A DNA stretch of 64,000 bases. Source: Escherichia coli 042 (GTDB lineage: Bacteria; Pseudomonadota; Gammaproteobacteria; Enterobacterales; Enterobacteriaceae). How positions within the stretch are numbered: position 1 is the first letter of the stretch; every line of letters begins with the position of its first letter. The translations under genes were made by a program, and so were the position numbers. Under the pieces are notes generated by a model. The model saw only the letters and a program-made list of their open reading frames with translations. It searched no databases and was not told the DNA's origin. Of the stretch, positions 1 to 11,157 are shown piece after piece. Location of the stretch: NCBI RefSeq assembly GCF_000027125.1, contig NC_017626.1, one strand, 5' to 3'.

Positions 1-154
1 ATACCGCATTCATGCTCCTCGTGGTTATGTCCTGACTAGTCTTTACACTCTTTACAGGAACCATTGTCGTACATGATGGCCCAACCAATTGAGTGTACCG
101 CTGTCGACATGGAATCTTCTGCGATACAACAATTCGTATCTACAGAAGGTAACT

Positions 155-1075
155 ATGTTTCCAAAATGCAAATTTTCCCGCGAGTTTCTGCATCCTCGCT
201 ACTGGCTCACATGGTTTGGGCTTGGTGTACTCTGGCTTTGGGTACAGCTTCCTTATCCTGTTCTCTGCTTTCTCGGCACACGTATCGGCACAATGGCGCG
301 ACCATTCCTGAAACGTCGTGAATCTATCGCCCGTAAAAACCTGGAACTTTGTTTCCCGCAGCATTCTGCTGAAGAGCGCGAGAAGATGATCGCCGAAAAC
401 TTTCGTTCACTCGGCATGGCGCTGGTAGAAACCGGCATGGCATGGTTCTGGCCCGACAGTCGCGTCCGTAAATGGTTTGATGTGGAAGGGCTGGATAACC
501 TTAAACGCGCACAAATGCAAAATCGCGGCGTAATGGTTGTCGGCGTCCATTTTATGTCGCTGGAACTGGGCGGCCGCGTGATGGGACTTTGTCAGCCAAT
601 GATGGCCACCTATCGCCCGCATAATAATCAGCTGATGGAATGGGTGCAGACCCGTGGTCGCATGCGCTCTAACAAAGCGATGATCGGCAGAAATAATCTG
701 CGCGGCATTGTCGGAGCACTGAAGAAAGGTGAAGCGGTATGGTTTGCTCCCGATCAGGATTATGGTCGTAAAGGCAGCTCCTTCGCGCCGTTCTTTGCGG
801 TAGAAAATGTCGCCACAACCAATGGCACCTATGTCCTCTCCCGTCTCTCTGGCGCAGCCATGTTGACCGTAACGATGGTAAGAAAAGCGGATTACAGCGG
901 ATATCGTTTGTTCATCACCCCAGAAATGGAAGGCTACCCGGCAGATGAAAATCAAGCCGCTGCCTATATGAACAAGATTATCGAGAAAGAGATCATGCGC
1001 GCGCCGGAGCAGTACCTCTGGATCCACCGTCGCTTTAAAACGCGCCCGGTGGGTGAATCGTCGTTATACATTTAA
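155..1075 (+). CDS. lpxP: Lipid A palmitoleoyl-ACP acyltransferase (cold-induced LpxL paralogue)
   Basis: 306-aa ORF from ATG 155 with GAAGG 5 nt upstream. MFPKCKFSREFLHPRYW... is recognised as E. coli LpxP (HtrB/MsbB family). The ORF-track start at 89 is treated as an upstream extension. Confidence 0.93.
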   Translation: MFPKCKFSREFLHPRYWLTWFGLGVLWLWVQLPYPVLCFLGTRIGTMARPFLKRRESIARKNLELCFPQHSAEEREKMIAENFRSLGMALVETGMAWFWPDSRVRKWFDVEGLDNLKRAQMQNRGVMVVGVHFMSLELGGRVMGLCQPMMATYRPHNNQLMEWVQTRGRMRSNKAMIGRNNLRGIVGALKKGEAVWFAPDQDYGRKGSSFAPFFAVENVATTNGTYVLSRLSGAAMLTVTMVRKADYSGYRLFITPEMEGYPADENQAAAYMNKIIEKEIMRAPEQYLWIHRRFKTRPVGESSLYI

Positions 1076-1107
1076 CAAACTGCTCTTACTCTTTCCCTCC
1101 TCAAATC

Positions 1108-1143
1108 AGCCATAATAACCTCATGGTTTTTATGGCTTTTTTC
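1108..1143 (+). terminator. Rho-independent terminator after lpxP
   Basis: agccataa ... ttatggct stem followed by a T-run, 33 nt after the lpxP stop. Confidence 0.7.
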
Positions 1144-1429
1144 TTAAGGTTTTTTCCTTCGCTGAATCTCTAATTATTACCGTCAGAAATTAAACTGTCG
1201 CCGATATGAGACACCTGTAAGTTACTAAAAGTAAATAAGAAAATGCCTCTTGTCTCGTTTCAGTTTTAGGCGTACATTAGCGCCGTCTCGAGCAGTTTAG
1301 CTCAGAATTCTGGGGTGATGCCCACGGTAAAATACGGACTTTCAATGTCGTTTTGCCCGGTGTCAACTCACTGTATCAGGTGTAATGAAGTCATTCAGGC
1401 GTAACAGTAATTACGCGGAGAGATGTAAA

Positions 1430-1501
1430 GTGAAATATTTCTTTATGGGCATTTCTTTTATGGTCATCGTTTGGGCCGGTACTTTTGCCCTGATGATCTA
1501 A
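1430..1501 (+). CDS. ypdK: 23-aa small membrane protein
   Basis: GTG start with GGAGAG upstream. It translates to VKYFFMGISFMVIVWAGTFALMI*, a single hydrophobic helix that matches the known K-12 small protein YpdK. It is not in the ORF track because it is under 60 aa. Confidence 0.75.
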   Translation: MKYFFMGISFMVIVWAGTFALMI

Positions 1502-1520
1502 AAGCAAACTGTGCAATGAA

Positions 1521-1546
1521 AAACAGGAGCCATCTGGCTCCTGTTT
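1521..1546. terminator. Bidirectional terminator between ypdK and alaC
   Basis: aaacaggagcc-atct-ggctcctgttt is a perfect 11-bp stem with A/T runs on both sides, lying between convergent genes. Confidence 0.8.
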
Positions 1547-1566
1547 GCATTTCTGACGACGATTTT

Positions 1567-2805
1567 TTATTCCGCGTTTTCGTGAATATGTTTGCTGCTG
1601 GCGGGTAGTAAACCGTCGGCACGGAACATCGCTTTAATCCCACGAATCGCCTGACGAATACGGTCTCGGTTTTCAATCAGTGCAAAGCGAACATGCGTGT
1701 CGCCGTAGTCGCCAAAGCCGATCCCCGGAGAGACACAGACCTTCGCTTCGTTAAGCAGTTTCTTGGCAAATTCCAGTGAGCCCATGGCCGCATATGGTTC
1801 CGGGATTTTCGCCCAGACATACATCGAAGCCTTCGGCATTTCGACCATCCAGCCCGCTTCATGCAGCCCTTTAACCAGTACATCGCGGCGGCGTTTGTAC
1901 TGTTCGGCAATGTCGCACACGCACTGTTGATCGCCCTCCAGCGCCGCAATTGCCGCTACCTGCAACGGCGTAAAGGTGCCGTAATCGTGATAGCTTTTAA
2001 TACGTGCCAACGCGCTGACCAGCGTTTTGTTACCGACCATAAAGCCGATACGCCAGCCCGCCATGTTGTAGCTTTTCGACAGCGTAAAGAACTCTACCGC
2101 CACATCGCGTGCGCCCGGCACCTGCATGATTGACGGCGCTTTCCAGCCATCGTAGACGATATCGGCATAGGCCAGGTCATGGACCACCAGCACATCGTAG
2201 CGTTTCGCCAGCGCCACAACCTTCTCAAAGAATTCCAGTTCCACGCATTGCGCGGTTGGGTTCGACGGGAAGCCGAGGAGCATCATCTTCGGTTTCGGAT
2301 AACTTTCACGAATGGCGCGTTCCAGTTCGTTGAAGAAATCGACACCTTCCACCAGCGGCACTGAGCGTACCTGCGCCCCGGCAATCACCGCGCCGTAAAT
2401 ATGAATCGGGTAGCTTGGATTAGGCACCAGTACAGTGTCACCATGATCCAGCGTCGCCAGCATCAGATGCGCCAGTCCCTCTTTCGAACCAATGGTGACG
2501 ATAGCCTCTGATTCCGGGTCGATCTCAACGTCGTAGCGATCCTGATACCAGCGGGAAATGGCGCGACGTAACCGCGGAATGCCGCGTGACGTGGAGTAAC
2601 CATGCGTGTCCGGGCGCTGGGCCACCGTACATAATTTTTCGACGATGTGCGGCGGAGTCGCACCGTCCGGGTTACCCATACTGAAATCGATAATATCTTC
2701 GCCGCGCCGACGCGCAGCCATTTTCAGTTCAGCGGTAATATTAAAAACGTAGGGCGGGAGACGATCAATGCGCGTAAAGCGACGTTCAGGGCGAGTGTCA
2801 GCCAT
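1567..2805 (-). CDS. alaC: Glutamate-pyruvate aminotransferase (class I PLP aminotransferase)
   Basis: 412-aa ORF recognised as AlaC/YfdZ. It has the [13 protein letters not shown]-lysine motif. Confidence 0.93.
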   Translation of the reverse strand: MADTRPERRFTRIDRLPPYVFNITAELKMAARRRGEDIIDFSMGNPDGATPPHIVEKLCTVAQRPDTHGYSTSRGIPRLRRAISRWYQDRYDVEIDPESEAIVTIGSKEGLAHLMLATLDHGDTVLVPNPSYPIHIYGAVIAGAQVRSVPLVEGVDFFNELERAIRESYPKPKMMLLGFPSNPTAQCVELEFFEKVVALAKRYDVLVVHDLAYADIVYDGWKAPSIMQVPGARDVAVEFFTLSKSYNMAGWRIGFMVGNKTLVSALARIKSYHDYGTFTPLQVAAIAALEGDQQCVCDIAEQYKRRRDVLVKGLHEAGWMVEMPKASMYVWAKIPEPYAAMGSLEFAKKLLNEAKVCVSPGIGFGDYGDTHVRFALIENRDRIRQAIRGIKAMFRADGLLPASSKHIHENAE

Positions 2806-3181
2806 AATTTCCTCAGATTAACGTTAGCGCCCGGACCGTCCGAGCGACGCTGCCACGATGGTGGCTGTTTTGAAAATAGCCTGATTAATTTCTGTCTGTC
2901 CAGCGTTTTAGAACATTTTTATCAATGGCTTTAAATGAGGAACTCTGCTTTAAAAACAGGAAATTTATCTATGCTAACAAGAAAATTACCACTCAAATTA
3001 TTAACATTATAATTTCAATAAATTTACCAATCAGAAGTGCATTATCAAGAGATGCATTGCTAATACACCATTTATCTTTCAATCCCCTTTTAAAATTGTG
3101 GTTTTTCCTCAAAAATGGCCTGCTGGTCATCAGCCTTCAGGTTACCTATCATAGAGGTTTAATCCTTATTCAGAGTCACCC

Positions 3182-4879
3182 GTGCACGAAATATTCAACA
3201 TGCTGCTAGCGGTCTTCGATCGGGCAGCGTTAATGCTTATCTGCCTGTTCTTTCTCATCCGTATCCGCCTGTTTCGCGAACTGTTGCACAAGTCGGCGCA
3301 CTCCCCAAAAGAGCTGCTCGCTGTTACCGCCATTTTCTCGCTGTTCGCCCTGTTCAGCACCTGGTCCGGCGTTCCCGTAGAAGGCTCGCTGGTGAACGTA
3401 CGTATTATCGCGGTGATGTCAGGCGGGATTCTGTTTGGCCCGTGGGTAGGCATTATTACCGGCGTGATCGCAGGTATTCACCGTTATTTAATTGATATCG
3501 GCGGCGTGACGGCGATCCCCTGCTTTATCACCAGCATTCTGGCGGGTTGTATATCGGGCTGGATCAACCTGAAAATCCCTAAAGCACAGCGCTGGCGCGT
3601 CGGTATTCTCGGCGGCATGTTATGTGAAACGTTGACCATGATTCTGGTGATTGTCTGGGCACCAACTACCGCATTGGGGATCGATATCGTCTCTAAAATC
3701 GGGATTCCAATGATCCTCGGTAGCGTCTGTATCGGCTTTATTGTGCTGCTGGTGCAAAGCGTTGAGGGCGAAAAAGAGGCCAGCGCCGCGCGGCAGGCCA
3801 AGCTGGCGCTGGATATCGCCAACAAAACGCTACCGCTGTTTCGCCATGTCAATAGCGAGTCATTACGCAAAGTTTGTGAAATTATTCGCGATGATATTCA
3901 CGCCGATGCGGTGGCGATTACTAATACCGATCATGTGCTGGCCTATGTCGGCGTGGGCGAACACAACTATCAGAATGGCGATGACTTCATTAGCCCGACT
4001 ACCCGACAGGCGATGAATTACGGAAAAATCATCATTAAAAACAACGATGAAGCCCACCGCACACCAGAGATTCATTCCATGCTGGTGATCCCATTGTGGG
4101 AGAAAGGCGTTGTGACCGGAACACTGAAAATTTACTACTGCCACGCGCATCAGATCACTTCCTCATTACAGGAAATGGCGGTCGGTCTGTCGCAAATCAT
4201 CTCCACGCAACTGGAGGTTTCGCGTGCCGAGCAGTTACGTGAAATGGCAAATAAGGCAGAGCTTCGCGCTCTGCAAAGCAAAATTAATCCCCATTTTCTG
4301 TTTAACGCTCTGAACGCTATTTCATCGTCAATCCGTCTGAATCCAGATACCGCTCGCCAGCTGATCTTTAATCTGTCGCGTTATCTGCGCTATAACATTG
4401 AATTAAAAGACGATGAGCAAATCGATATCAAAAAAGAGCTGTATCAAATTAAAGACTATATTGCCATTGAGCAGGCCCGCTTTGGCGACAAGCTGACGGT
4501 TATCTATGATATTGATGAAGAGGTGAATTGCTGCATTCCCAGCCTGCTGATCCAGCCGTTGGTGGAGAATGCCATTGTCCACGGTATCCAGCCTTGCAAA
4601 GGTAAAGGCGTTGTCACCATCAGCGTTGCAGAGTGCGGCAATCGGGTACGCATTGCGGTGCGAGATACCGGGCACGGCATCGATCCAAAGGTGATTGAGC
4701 GGGTCGAAGCGAATGAAATGCCGGGCAATAAAATTGGTCTGCTGAATGTCCATCATCGCGTGAAGTTATTGTATGGCGAGGGGCTGCATATCCGCCGCCT
4801 GGAACCAGGAACGGAAATTGCGTTTTACATTCCTAACCAACGCACCCCAGTCGCCTCACAGACTACGTTATTGCTTTGA
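3182..4879 (+). CDS. ypdA: LytS-family sensor histidine kinase (pyruvate-responsive YpdA)
   Basis: 565 aa from a GTG start. It has an N-terminal multi-TM 5TM-LytS region, a central GAF-like region, the [11 protein letters not shown]-box and a C-terminal HATPase. Matches K-12 YpdA. Confidence 0.93.
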   Translation: MHEIFNMLLAVFDRAALMLICLFFLIRIRLFRELLHKSAHSPKELLAVTAIFSLFALFSTWSGVPVEGSLVNVRIIAVMSGGILFGPWVGIITGVIAGIHRYLIDIGGVTAIPCFITSILAGCISGWINLKIPKAQRWRVGILGGMLCETLTMILVIVWAPTTALGIDIVSKIGIPMILGSVCIGFIVLLVQSVEGEKEASAARQAKLALDIANKTLPLFRHVNSESLRKVCEIIRDDIHADAVAITNTDHVLAYVGVGEHNYQNGDDFISPTTRQAMNYGKIIIKNNDEAHRTPEIHSMLVIPLWEKGVVTGTLKIYYCHAHQITSSLQEMAVGLSQIISTQLEVSRAEQLREMANKAELRALQSKINPHFLFNALNAISSSIRLNPDTARQLIFNLSRYLRYNIELKDDEQIDIKKELYQIKDYIAIEQARFGDKLTVIYDIDEEVNCCIPSLLIQPLVENAIVHGIQPCKGKGVVTISVAECGNRVRIAVRDTGHGIDPKVIERVEANEMPGNKIGLLNVHHRVKLLYGEGLHIRRLEPGTEIAFYIPNQRTPVASQTTLLL

Positions 4880-4893
4880 GCCGGAGTGATATT

Positions 4894-5628
4894 GTGAAAG
4901 TCATCATTGTTGAAGACGAATTCCTGGCACAACAGGAACTGAGCTGGCTAATTAAAGAGCACAGCCAGATGGAGATTGTCGGCACCTTTGACGACGGTCT
5001 GGACGTGTTGAAGTTTTTGCAGCATAACCGCGTCGACGCCATTTTTCTGGATATCAATATTCCGTCGCTGGATGGTGTGTTGCTGGCGCAAAACATCAGC
5101 CAGTTCGCCCATAAACCATTTATTGTGTTTATCACCGCGTGGAAAGAACATGCGGTAGAAGCGTTTGAACTGGAGGCGTTTGACTACATTCTCAAACCGT
5201 ATCAGGAGTCACGCATTACCGGGATGCTGCAAAAACTGGAAGCGGCCTGGCAACAACAGCAGACCAGCAGCACGCCTGCCGCGACGGTAACGCGTGAGAA
5301 TGACACCATTAATCTGGTGAAAGATGAGCGAATAATCGTCACGCCAATTAACGATATCTATTACGCCGAAGCGCACGAGAAAATGACCTTTGTCTATACG
5401 CGGCGTGAATCCTACGTAATGCCGATGAACATTACCGAATTTTGCAGCAAACTGCCGCCGTCGCATTTTTTCCGCTGCCATCGCTCATTTTGTGTCAATC
5501 TGAACAAAATCCGCGAGATCGAACCGTGGTTTAATAACACCTACATTCTGCGGCTGAAAGATCTGGATTTTGAAGTGCCAGTCAGCCGCAGCAAAGTTAA
5601 AGAATTCCGCCAGTTAATGCATCTTTAA
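4894..5628 (+). CDS. ypdB: LytTR-family response regulator
   Basis: 244 aa from GTG 4894 (VKVIIVEDE...). It has a REC domain (FLDINIP) and a C-terminal LytTR domain. The ORF-track start at 4876 is rejected. Confidence 0.92.
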   Translation: MKVIIVEDEFLAQQELSWLIKEHSQMEIVGTFDDGLDVLKFLQHNRVDAIFLDINIPSLDGVLLAQNISQFAHKPFIVFITAWKEHAVEAFELEAFDYILKPYQESRITGMLQKLEAAWQQQQTSSTPAATVTRENDTINLVKDERIIVTPINDIYYAEAHEKMTFVYTRRESYVMPMNITEFCSKLPPSHFFRCHRSFCVNLNKIREIEPWFNNTYILRLKDLDFEVPVSRSKVKEFRQLMHL

Positions 5629-5640
5629 TCGGGAACTTTC

Positions 5641-6498
5641 ATGAAAGCACCAGGCTTGCCCGCCGATCAACAATTTTTCGCCGATCTGTTCAGCGGCCTG
5701 GTGCTTAACCCGCAACTACTGGGGCGCGTCTGGTTTGCCAGCCAGCCTGCCTCGTTACCGGTGGGCAGTTTATGTATTGATTTTCCCCGTCTGGATATCG
5801 TGCTGCGCGGCGAATACGGCAATCTGCTGGAAGCAAAGCAGCAACGTATGGTTGAAGGAGAAATGCTGTTTATTCCAGCGCGCGCGGCTAATTTACCGAT
5901 CAACAACAAACCGGTGATGCTGTTAAGCCTGGTGTTCGCACCGACCTGGCTTGGGTTATCGTTTTACGATAGCCGTACCACGTCGTTGTTGCATCCTGCT
6001 CGCCAGATCCAACTTCCCAGCCTGCAACGCGGCGAAGGTGAAGCAATGCTTACTGCCCTCACCCATCTTAGCCGTTCGCCGCTGGAGCAGAATATCATTC
6101 AGCCACTGGTGTTAAGTTTGCTGCATCTTTGCCGCAACGTGGTGAATATGCCGCCGGGCAATTCGCAGCCGCGCGGCGATTTTCTTTATCACAGCATTTG
6201 TAACTGGGTTCAGGATAATTATGCGCAGCCGCTCACCCGTGAGAGCGTGGCGCAGTTTTTTAATATCACGCCCAATCATCTGTCAAAACTGTTTGCGCAG
6301 CATGGAACAATGCGTTTTATCGAATATGTGCGTTGGGTGCGAATGGCGAAGGCGAGGATGATTTTGCAGAAATATCATCTGTCGATTCATGAAGTGGCGC
6401 AGCGTTGCGGCTTTCCGGACAGCGACTATTTTTGTCGCGTCTTCCGGCGTCAGTTTGGCCTGACGCCGGGAGAGTACAGCGCCCGTTTTCAGGGCTAA
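5641..6498 (+). CDS. ypdC: AraC/XylS-family transcriptional regulator
   Basis: 285 aa with a C-terminal double HTH (…FPDSDYFCRVFRRQFGLTPGEY). Matches YpdC. Confidence 0.92.
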   Translation: MKAPGLPADQQFFADLFSGLVLNPQLLGRVWFASQPASLPVGSLCIDFPRLDIVLRGEYGNLLEAKQQRMVEGEMLFIPARAANLPINNKPVMLLSLVFAPTWLGLSFYDSRTTSLLHPARQIQLPSLQRGEGEAMLTALTHLSRSPLEQNIIQPLVLSLLHLCRNVVNMPPGNSQPRGDFLYHSICNWVQDNYAQPLTRESVAQFFNITPNHLSKLFAQHGTMRFIEYVRWVRMAKARMILQKYHLSIHEVAQRCGFPDSDYFCRVFRRQFGLTPGEYSARFQG

Positions 6499-6500
6499 CG

Positions 6501-8996
6501 TCAGAAGGTTAATTCCGTTTCCAGCAGCGTCAGGATGCTTTGCGCATCTTGCGCGGCGAACAGCGACTGGCGGAAGTTTTTATTCACCAGTTTACGCGCC
6601 AGCTGCGAGAAGACTTTCACATGATTCATCCCTTCGTTAGCGCCCAGTGTCAGCATGATCACCAGTTCGACTTCGCCCATTTCTGACTGCCAGTCAACCG
6701 GTTTCACCAGCCGGGCAATGCTGATACTGGAATGACGGATCCACTGAGATTTGGTATGCGGGATCGCTACGCCAAAACCAACGCCAGTAGTAACAATCTC
6801 TTCCCGCTGCCAGACATCTTCTTCCAGCTCAAACGGATGTTCAGTACGCCCGTTAACACCAAGGTTGCCGCACAGGAACTGGATCGCCTGCTCTTTATTA
6901 CTAAAGTCCTGATCAACAAAGATATTCTCCAGCGCCAGCAGTGGGCGAACGTCTTCTTCCGGCGTAAAGGCGGTGAGTAACGCTTCAATTTCCTGCGCAC
7001 TGCGGCATTCACATGCCTGACGCGCCAGTTCCCGACACGCCTCGCTATCCAGTTGACGAAGCTGGCTTTTCACCGCCGGAATGCGCGGGCTACTCATGCT
7101 TAACTCGTCCAGGCCCAGCCCAAGCAGTAGAGGCAGATAACGACTTTCACCGCCTAGTTCACCGCAAATACCTACCCATTTGCCGCGCTGATGCGCAGTG
7201 GTAACAATCTGCTGCAACATGCGCAGGAACGATGGCGTAATCGGGTTATACAGCGGCGATACGCGCGGGTTATTACGATCGACCGCATACAGATACTGGG
7301 TCATATCGTTAGAACCGATACTGAAGAAATCGACCTCATCGCAGAAGTGGTCGATGATGTAGCACACCGACGGCACTTCCACCATGATACCCAGCGTAAT
7401 CGTCTCTGCATGACGCAGACCATCGCGTTTAAGCTCAACGATCGCTTTTTGGATCTCACCCTTCACCCATAAGATCTGATCGAGGCTGTGAACCATCGGG
7501 ATCATCAGCTGGGCGTTGCCGAAACTGGCGGCACGCAAAATAGCCCGCAGTTGAGTGCGGAACAGGCCAGCAAATTCCGGGTAAATTCGTACCGCACGAT
7601 AGCCGAGGAACGGGTTCTCTTCCTGGGGAATGTTGAGGTAAGGAATGCTTTTATCGCCGCCGATGTCCATTGTGCGGAAGATAATCGGCTTGTCGCCCGC
7701 GGCCAGTAGCACCTGCTGGTAGGCTTCAAATTGCTCCTGCTCGTCCGGCGCGCTGTCGCGATCCATATAGAGCATTTCAGTACGGAACAGCCCAACACCT
7801 TCCGCGCCGTTGGCAAACGCGCCAGGCGCTTCCAGAGCAGTGCCAATATTCGCCGCAATATCAATGCGCTTGTTATCACGGGAATAGGCCAGCTGCGCGG
7901 CGGCCTGCGCCTGTTGTTGCTGACGTTTATCCGCCAGCGTCTGCGCAACCTGATAATAACCGCTCACCGCGTCATCAGGATTAATCGCCAGCACGCCGCA
8001 CTGGGCGTCAAGCACCGCCGGTTGCCCGGCATAACGGGCAATCGCATCCAGCGGCAGGCCGCTAAGAACCGGGATCGCCGAGGCGCGGGCCAGAATCAGT
8101 GTATGCGAGGTGCGCCCGGTTTTCTCCAGAATCATGCCCGCAAGATTTTTTAAATCGAGGCTTAAAAACTGGCTTGGGGTTAAATCTTCAGCCACCAGAA
8201 TGGTCGGTTTTTCAAGCACCAGATTGTTGCGCGGCTTCAGTTCCGGCCAGGTGATATGCAGCAACTGTTCGCTGATATCGCGAATGTCGCTAACACGCTC
8301 GCGCAGATAATCGCTGGCAGAAGCAGATAGTTTGGCGCAAACCTGCTCCATATTGCTGATGATCGCCGCCCCCAGCCCCTGATGCTGTTCTGCCATCAGG
8401 CGACGGATATTGCCCGCAAATTCATCATCCTGGATCAGCGACAAATGGGCGCTGAGGATAGTTTTGCTTTCTCCGTCACGCTCACGCAATTGCTGGTTCA
8501 GTTGCTCGGCAAGCGTTGCCAGGCTGTGCTCCAGCAGGGTGGAATCTTGCGCACTGGCGGGGATTGCCCGATAACTATCGAGGCTGTCGCTCTGTAACAG
8601 GGTCAGCGTACCCACGCCGACGCCGCTTGCCAGCACATTGCCGTACAGTAAATCAGGATTCAGACGGCTTAATGAACGCGGCAGCGGATGCGCCGTCAGT
8701 TTTGCCTGTGTTGGCTGGATGCTGTCGCTGTCGATAAAGCGCACCTGGATGTACTCTTCCAGCACGCGCCGCGCCTGCTCTTCATCGCTGCCGCTAATGT
8801 TCAGGCTGCAACTGTCATTAAATAAAGTGCCAGTGCCAATCAGCGCCAGCGAGCTTTTGGCATCTGCCTTTGCGTTCTGGCGATGGTTAATAAAAGTGAT
8901 TTCGCTTTGCCACTGGTTGCACTGTTCTTTAAGTTCCCACGCCGGACGAGCATGCAGACCGTTTGGCAAAGGACAGAGAAATTGAATCGTTAACAT
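6501..8996 (-). CDS. fryA: Multiphosphoryl-transfer PTS protein (HPr-EI-EIIA fusion)
   Basis: 831 aa. It has an N-terminal HPr-like motif GLHARPA, the EI phosphohistidine motif GRTSHTLILARA and a C-terminal EIIA(Fru/Ntr-type) AIPHTK. Matches FryA/YpdD. Confidence 0.93.
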   Translation of the reverse strand: MLTIQFLCPLPNGLHARPAWELKEQCNQWQSEITFINHRQNAKADAKSSLALIGTGTLFNDSCSLNISGSDEEQARRVLEEYIQVRFIDSDSIQPTQAKLTAHPLPRSLSRLNPDLLYGNVLASGVGVGTLTLLQSDSLDSYRAIPASAQDSTLLEHSLATLAEQLNQQLRERDGESKTILSAHLSLIQDDEFAGNIRRLMAEQHQGLGAAIISNMEQVCAKLSASASDYLRERVSDIRDISEQLLHITWPELKPRNNLVLEKPTILVAEDLTPSQFLSLDLKNLAGMILEKTGRTSHTLILARASAIPVLSGLPLDAIARYAGQPAVLDAQCGVLAINPDDAVSGYYQVAQTLADKRQQQQAQAAAQLAYSRDNKRIDIAANIGTALEAPGAFANGAEGVGLFRTEMLYMDRDSAPDEQEQFEAYQQVLLAAGDKPIIFRTMDIGGDKSIPYLNIPQEENPFLGYRAVRIYPEFAGLFRTQLRAILRAASFGNAQLMIPMVHSLDQILWVKGEIQKAIVELKRDGLRHAETITLGIMVEVPSVCYIIDHFCDEVDFFSIGSNDMTQYLYAVDRNNPRVSPLYNPITPSFLRMLQQIVTTAHQRGKWVGICGELGGESRYLPLLLGLGLDELSMSSPRIPAVKSQLRQLDSEACRELARQACECRSAQEIEALLTAFTPEEDVRPLLALENIFVDQDFSNKEQAIQFLCGNLGVNGRTEHPFELEEDVWQREEIVTTGVGFGVAIPHTKSQWIRHSSISIARLVKPVDWQSEMGEVELVIMLTLGANEGMNHVKVFSQLARKLVNKNFRQSLFAAQDAQSILTLLETELTF

Positions 8997-9020
8997 AACC
9001 GCTCCGGGTTAATCAGGAGA

Positions 9021-10058
9021 TCATCTGAAATCCGTCAGTTGAACAACCGTCTCACGCGTAAGACGTTGAATAAGGGCAGATAAAAGCTGCTGCATCTGCA
9101 AAATGTCACGGCAATCGGCAATCGATGCGGCGCAATGTCCGTGGCGGGTCGCAGGCCCCATCACCACTGTGGGTACGCCAGTGCCGGTTAAGTGCACCGC
9201 CCCACCGTCCGTGCCACCGTTGCTGAACATATCTGCCTGTAACGGCACGCTAATTTCTGCCGCCACGGTTTCAATCCACGCGGTAAGTTTTGGCGGCGCA
9301 ATCAGCGATTTATCGCTTAACACCAGCATCGGGCCGTTACCAATCTGACGATGGTTAGCCGCGCCATAATCAAAGTTTTTCGCCCAGCAGGCGGTATCCA
9401 GCACAATCGCAACGTCCGGTGAAACCGCACGGGTAGCGGTTTGCCCGCCGCGTAAGCCGACCTCTTCGCTGGAGCTGGCCACCAACCACACTTCCGCAGG
9501 CAGTTCGGCATCGTGCAGCTCACGTAGTAAGGTAACTAACAGGTAGCAACCGAGGCGATCATCAAAGGCTTTCCCCATCACTCGCTGGTGAGGGAGAACC
9601 TGAAAAGTGGTATCAAAGGTGACGCGATCGCCTGGACGAATTCCCGCCTGCATCACTTCGTCATACGAGCGAGCGCCAATGTCCACGCGCATGGCGCTGA
9701 CGTCATTCCCCTGCCGGTCGCCGTCAAGCAGGCCAGGTATTTTGCACTCTTCACGGGTGGTGATCCGCACCGGCTGAAGCTGTCGGGCAGCCATGCGCAC
9801 GTTGCCAACTGGCAGCACATCAATCGCCCCTTCGCGGGAGATGCTGCGCACCATAAATCCCACTTCGTCCATATGCGCACAGATCATCACCTTCGGACCT
9901 GTCGATTCATTGAGGCGGATCAGCACCGATCCCAGCCCATCAAATCGCACTTCTTTTTGCAGGCGATCCGCTTCTTCCAGCAGGATCTGCCGTACTTCCT
10001 GTTCCGAGGAGGCGATCGCATCTGCCTCGCTCAACGCTTTTAGTAACGATAAATCCAT
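9021..10058 (-). CDS. ypdE: M42-family aminopeptidase
   Basis: 345 aa recognised as YpdE, a paralogue of FrvX and SgcX. Its start overlaps the ypdF stop by 1 nt. Confidence 0.92.
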   Translation of the reverse strand: MDLSLLKALSEADAIASSEQEVRQILLEEADRLQKEVRFDGLGSVLIRLNESTGPKVMICAHMDEVGFMVRSISREGAIDVLPVGNVRMAARQLQPVRITTREECKIPGLLDGDRQGNDVSAMRVDIGARSYDEVMQAGIRPGDRVTFDTTFQVLPHQRVMGKAFDDRLGCYLLVTLLRELHDAELPAEVWLVASSSEEVGLRGGQTATRAVSPDVAIVLDTACWAKNFDYGAANHRQIGNGPMLVLSDKSLIAPPKLTAWIETVAAEISVPLQADMFSNGGTDGGAVHLTGTGVPTVVMGPATRHGHCAASIADCRDILQMQQLLSALIQRLTRETVVQLTDFR

Positions 10059-11143
10059 TATGCCTCTCCCGTGAGCAACACTGTTTTCGGCATGGCGTAG
10101 AGCACTTCTGCGCCTTGCGGGGTGACCAGCACAACATCTTCGATGCGCACGCCCCCTTGCCCTGGCAAATAAATCCCCGGCTCCACGGTCAGTAACATGC
10201 CTGGCTGTAGCGTCGTGGTATCCCGCGGTGAAAAACGCGGCTCTTCATGGACTTCAATGCCGATAGCATGACCGGTGTTATGACCGAAATAGTCGCCATA
10301 ACCTGCTTCTGTAATGACCCGGCGCGCGGCATCGTCAACCTGCTGGCAGCGCACGCCGGGGCGAATCGCGGAGATTGCTGCGAGCTGTGCCTGCAGGACA
10401 ATCTGATAGACGTTAAACAGCGGGTGAGATTCGGCGCTCACCCCTTCGCCATTCACCAGCAAGGTGCGCGTCATATCAGAGCAGTACCCCTGATAGAGCG
10501 CACCAAAATCAAGAGTGACAAACTCGCCCGCTGCAACAATCTTGTCGCTGGCTTTACCGTGCGGCAGCGCGCCACGCCAGCCGCTGGCGACAATGGTGTC
10601 AAAAGAAGCTTTTTCTGCGCCCTGCTGGCGCATAAACCACTCCAGTTCAGCGGCTATCTCGCGCTCGCTCATCCCCGCCTGAATAAAGCGGCGAATATGC
10701 TCAGCACCGCGATCGGCAATCCCACAGGCGAGGCGGATTTTCTCCACCTCCTCTGGCGTTTTGATTTGCCGCAGCACATCCGGCGTGGCGCTAACCAGTT
10801 TCGCATTGAGTTCAGACTGCCAGCGGTGCGCGGTTTCCCAACTCACCTGCTGGCCCTCAAAACCGAGCGTTTGCAACTGCTCATCGGCAATGATTTGATT
10901 GACGATAGTGGTAAGCGTGTTCGTCGCGTCAAGCAAATGCAGCTGGTAGCCTTGCGTGCGGGCTTCTACATCCGCGTAATAGCGCGAATCCACCAGAATG
11001 TGCGCACTTTCACGGCTAATCACCACATAGCCTGATCCGGTGGAGATCCCCAGATGCGGCTGTTTGTTCTGCCGTGAGGAGAGAAGCACCGCATCCAGTT
11101 GTTGCGCCTTAAGCCAGTCGCGCAGCGAAGCGAGTAATGTCAT
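10058..11143 (-). CDS. ypdF: M24B Xaa-Pro/Met aminopeptidase
   Basis: 361 aa with a pita-bread fold signature ([13 protein letters not shown]). Matches YpdF. Confidence 0.92.
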   Translation of the reverse strand: MTLLASLRDWLKAQQLDAVLLSSRQNKQPHLGISTGSGYVVISRESAHILVDSRYYADVEARTQGYQLHLLDATNTLTTIVNQIIADEQLQTLGFEGQQVSWETAHRWQSELNAKLVSATPDVLRQIKTPEEVEKIRLACGIADRGAEHIRRFIQAGMSEREIAAELEWFMRQQGAEKASFDTIVASGWRGALPHGKASDKIVAAGEFVTLDFGALYQGYCSDMTRTLLVNGEGVSAESHPLFNVYQIVLQAQLAAISAIRPGVRCQQVDDAARRVITEAGYGDYFGHNTGHAIGIEVHEEPRFSPRDTTTLQPGMLLTVEPGIYLPGQGGVRIEDVVLVTPQGAEVLYAMPKTVLLTGEA

Positions 11144-11157
11144 CTGGATTTTCCTTC

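Noticed and set aside
2925-3209. 94-aa ORF in the AT-rich alaC-ypdA intergenic region.
   Set aside because: It has an extremely AT-rich, Ile/Asn/Leu-dominated composition and no SD. It runs into the ypdA start, so it is more likely promoter or H-NS-type regulatory DNA.
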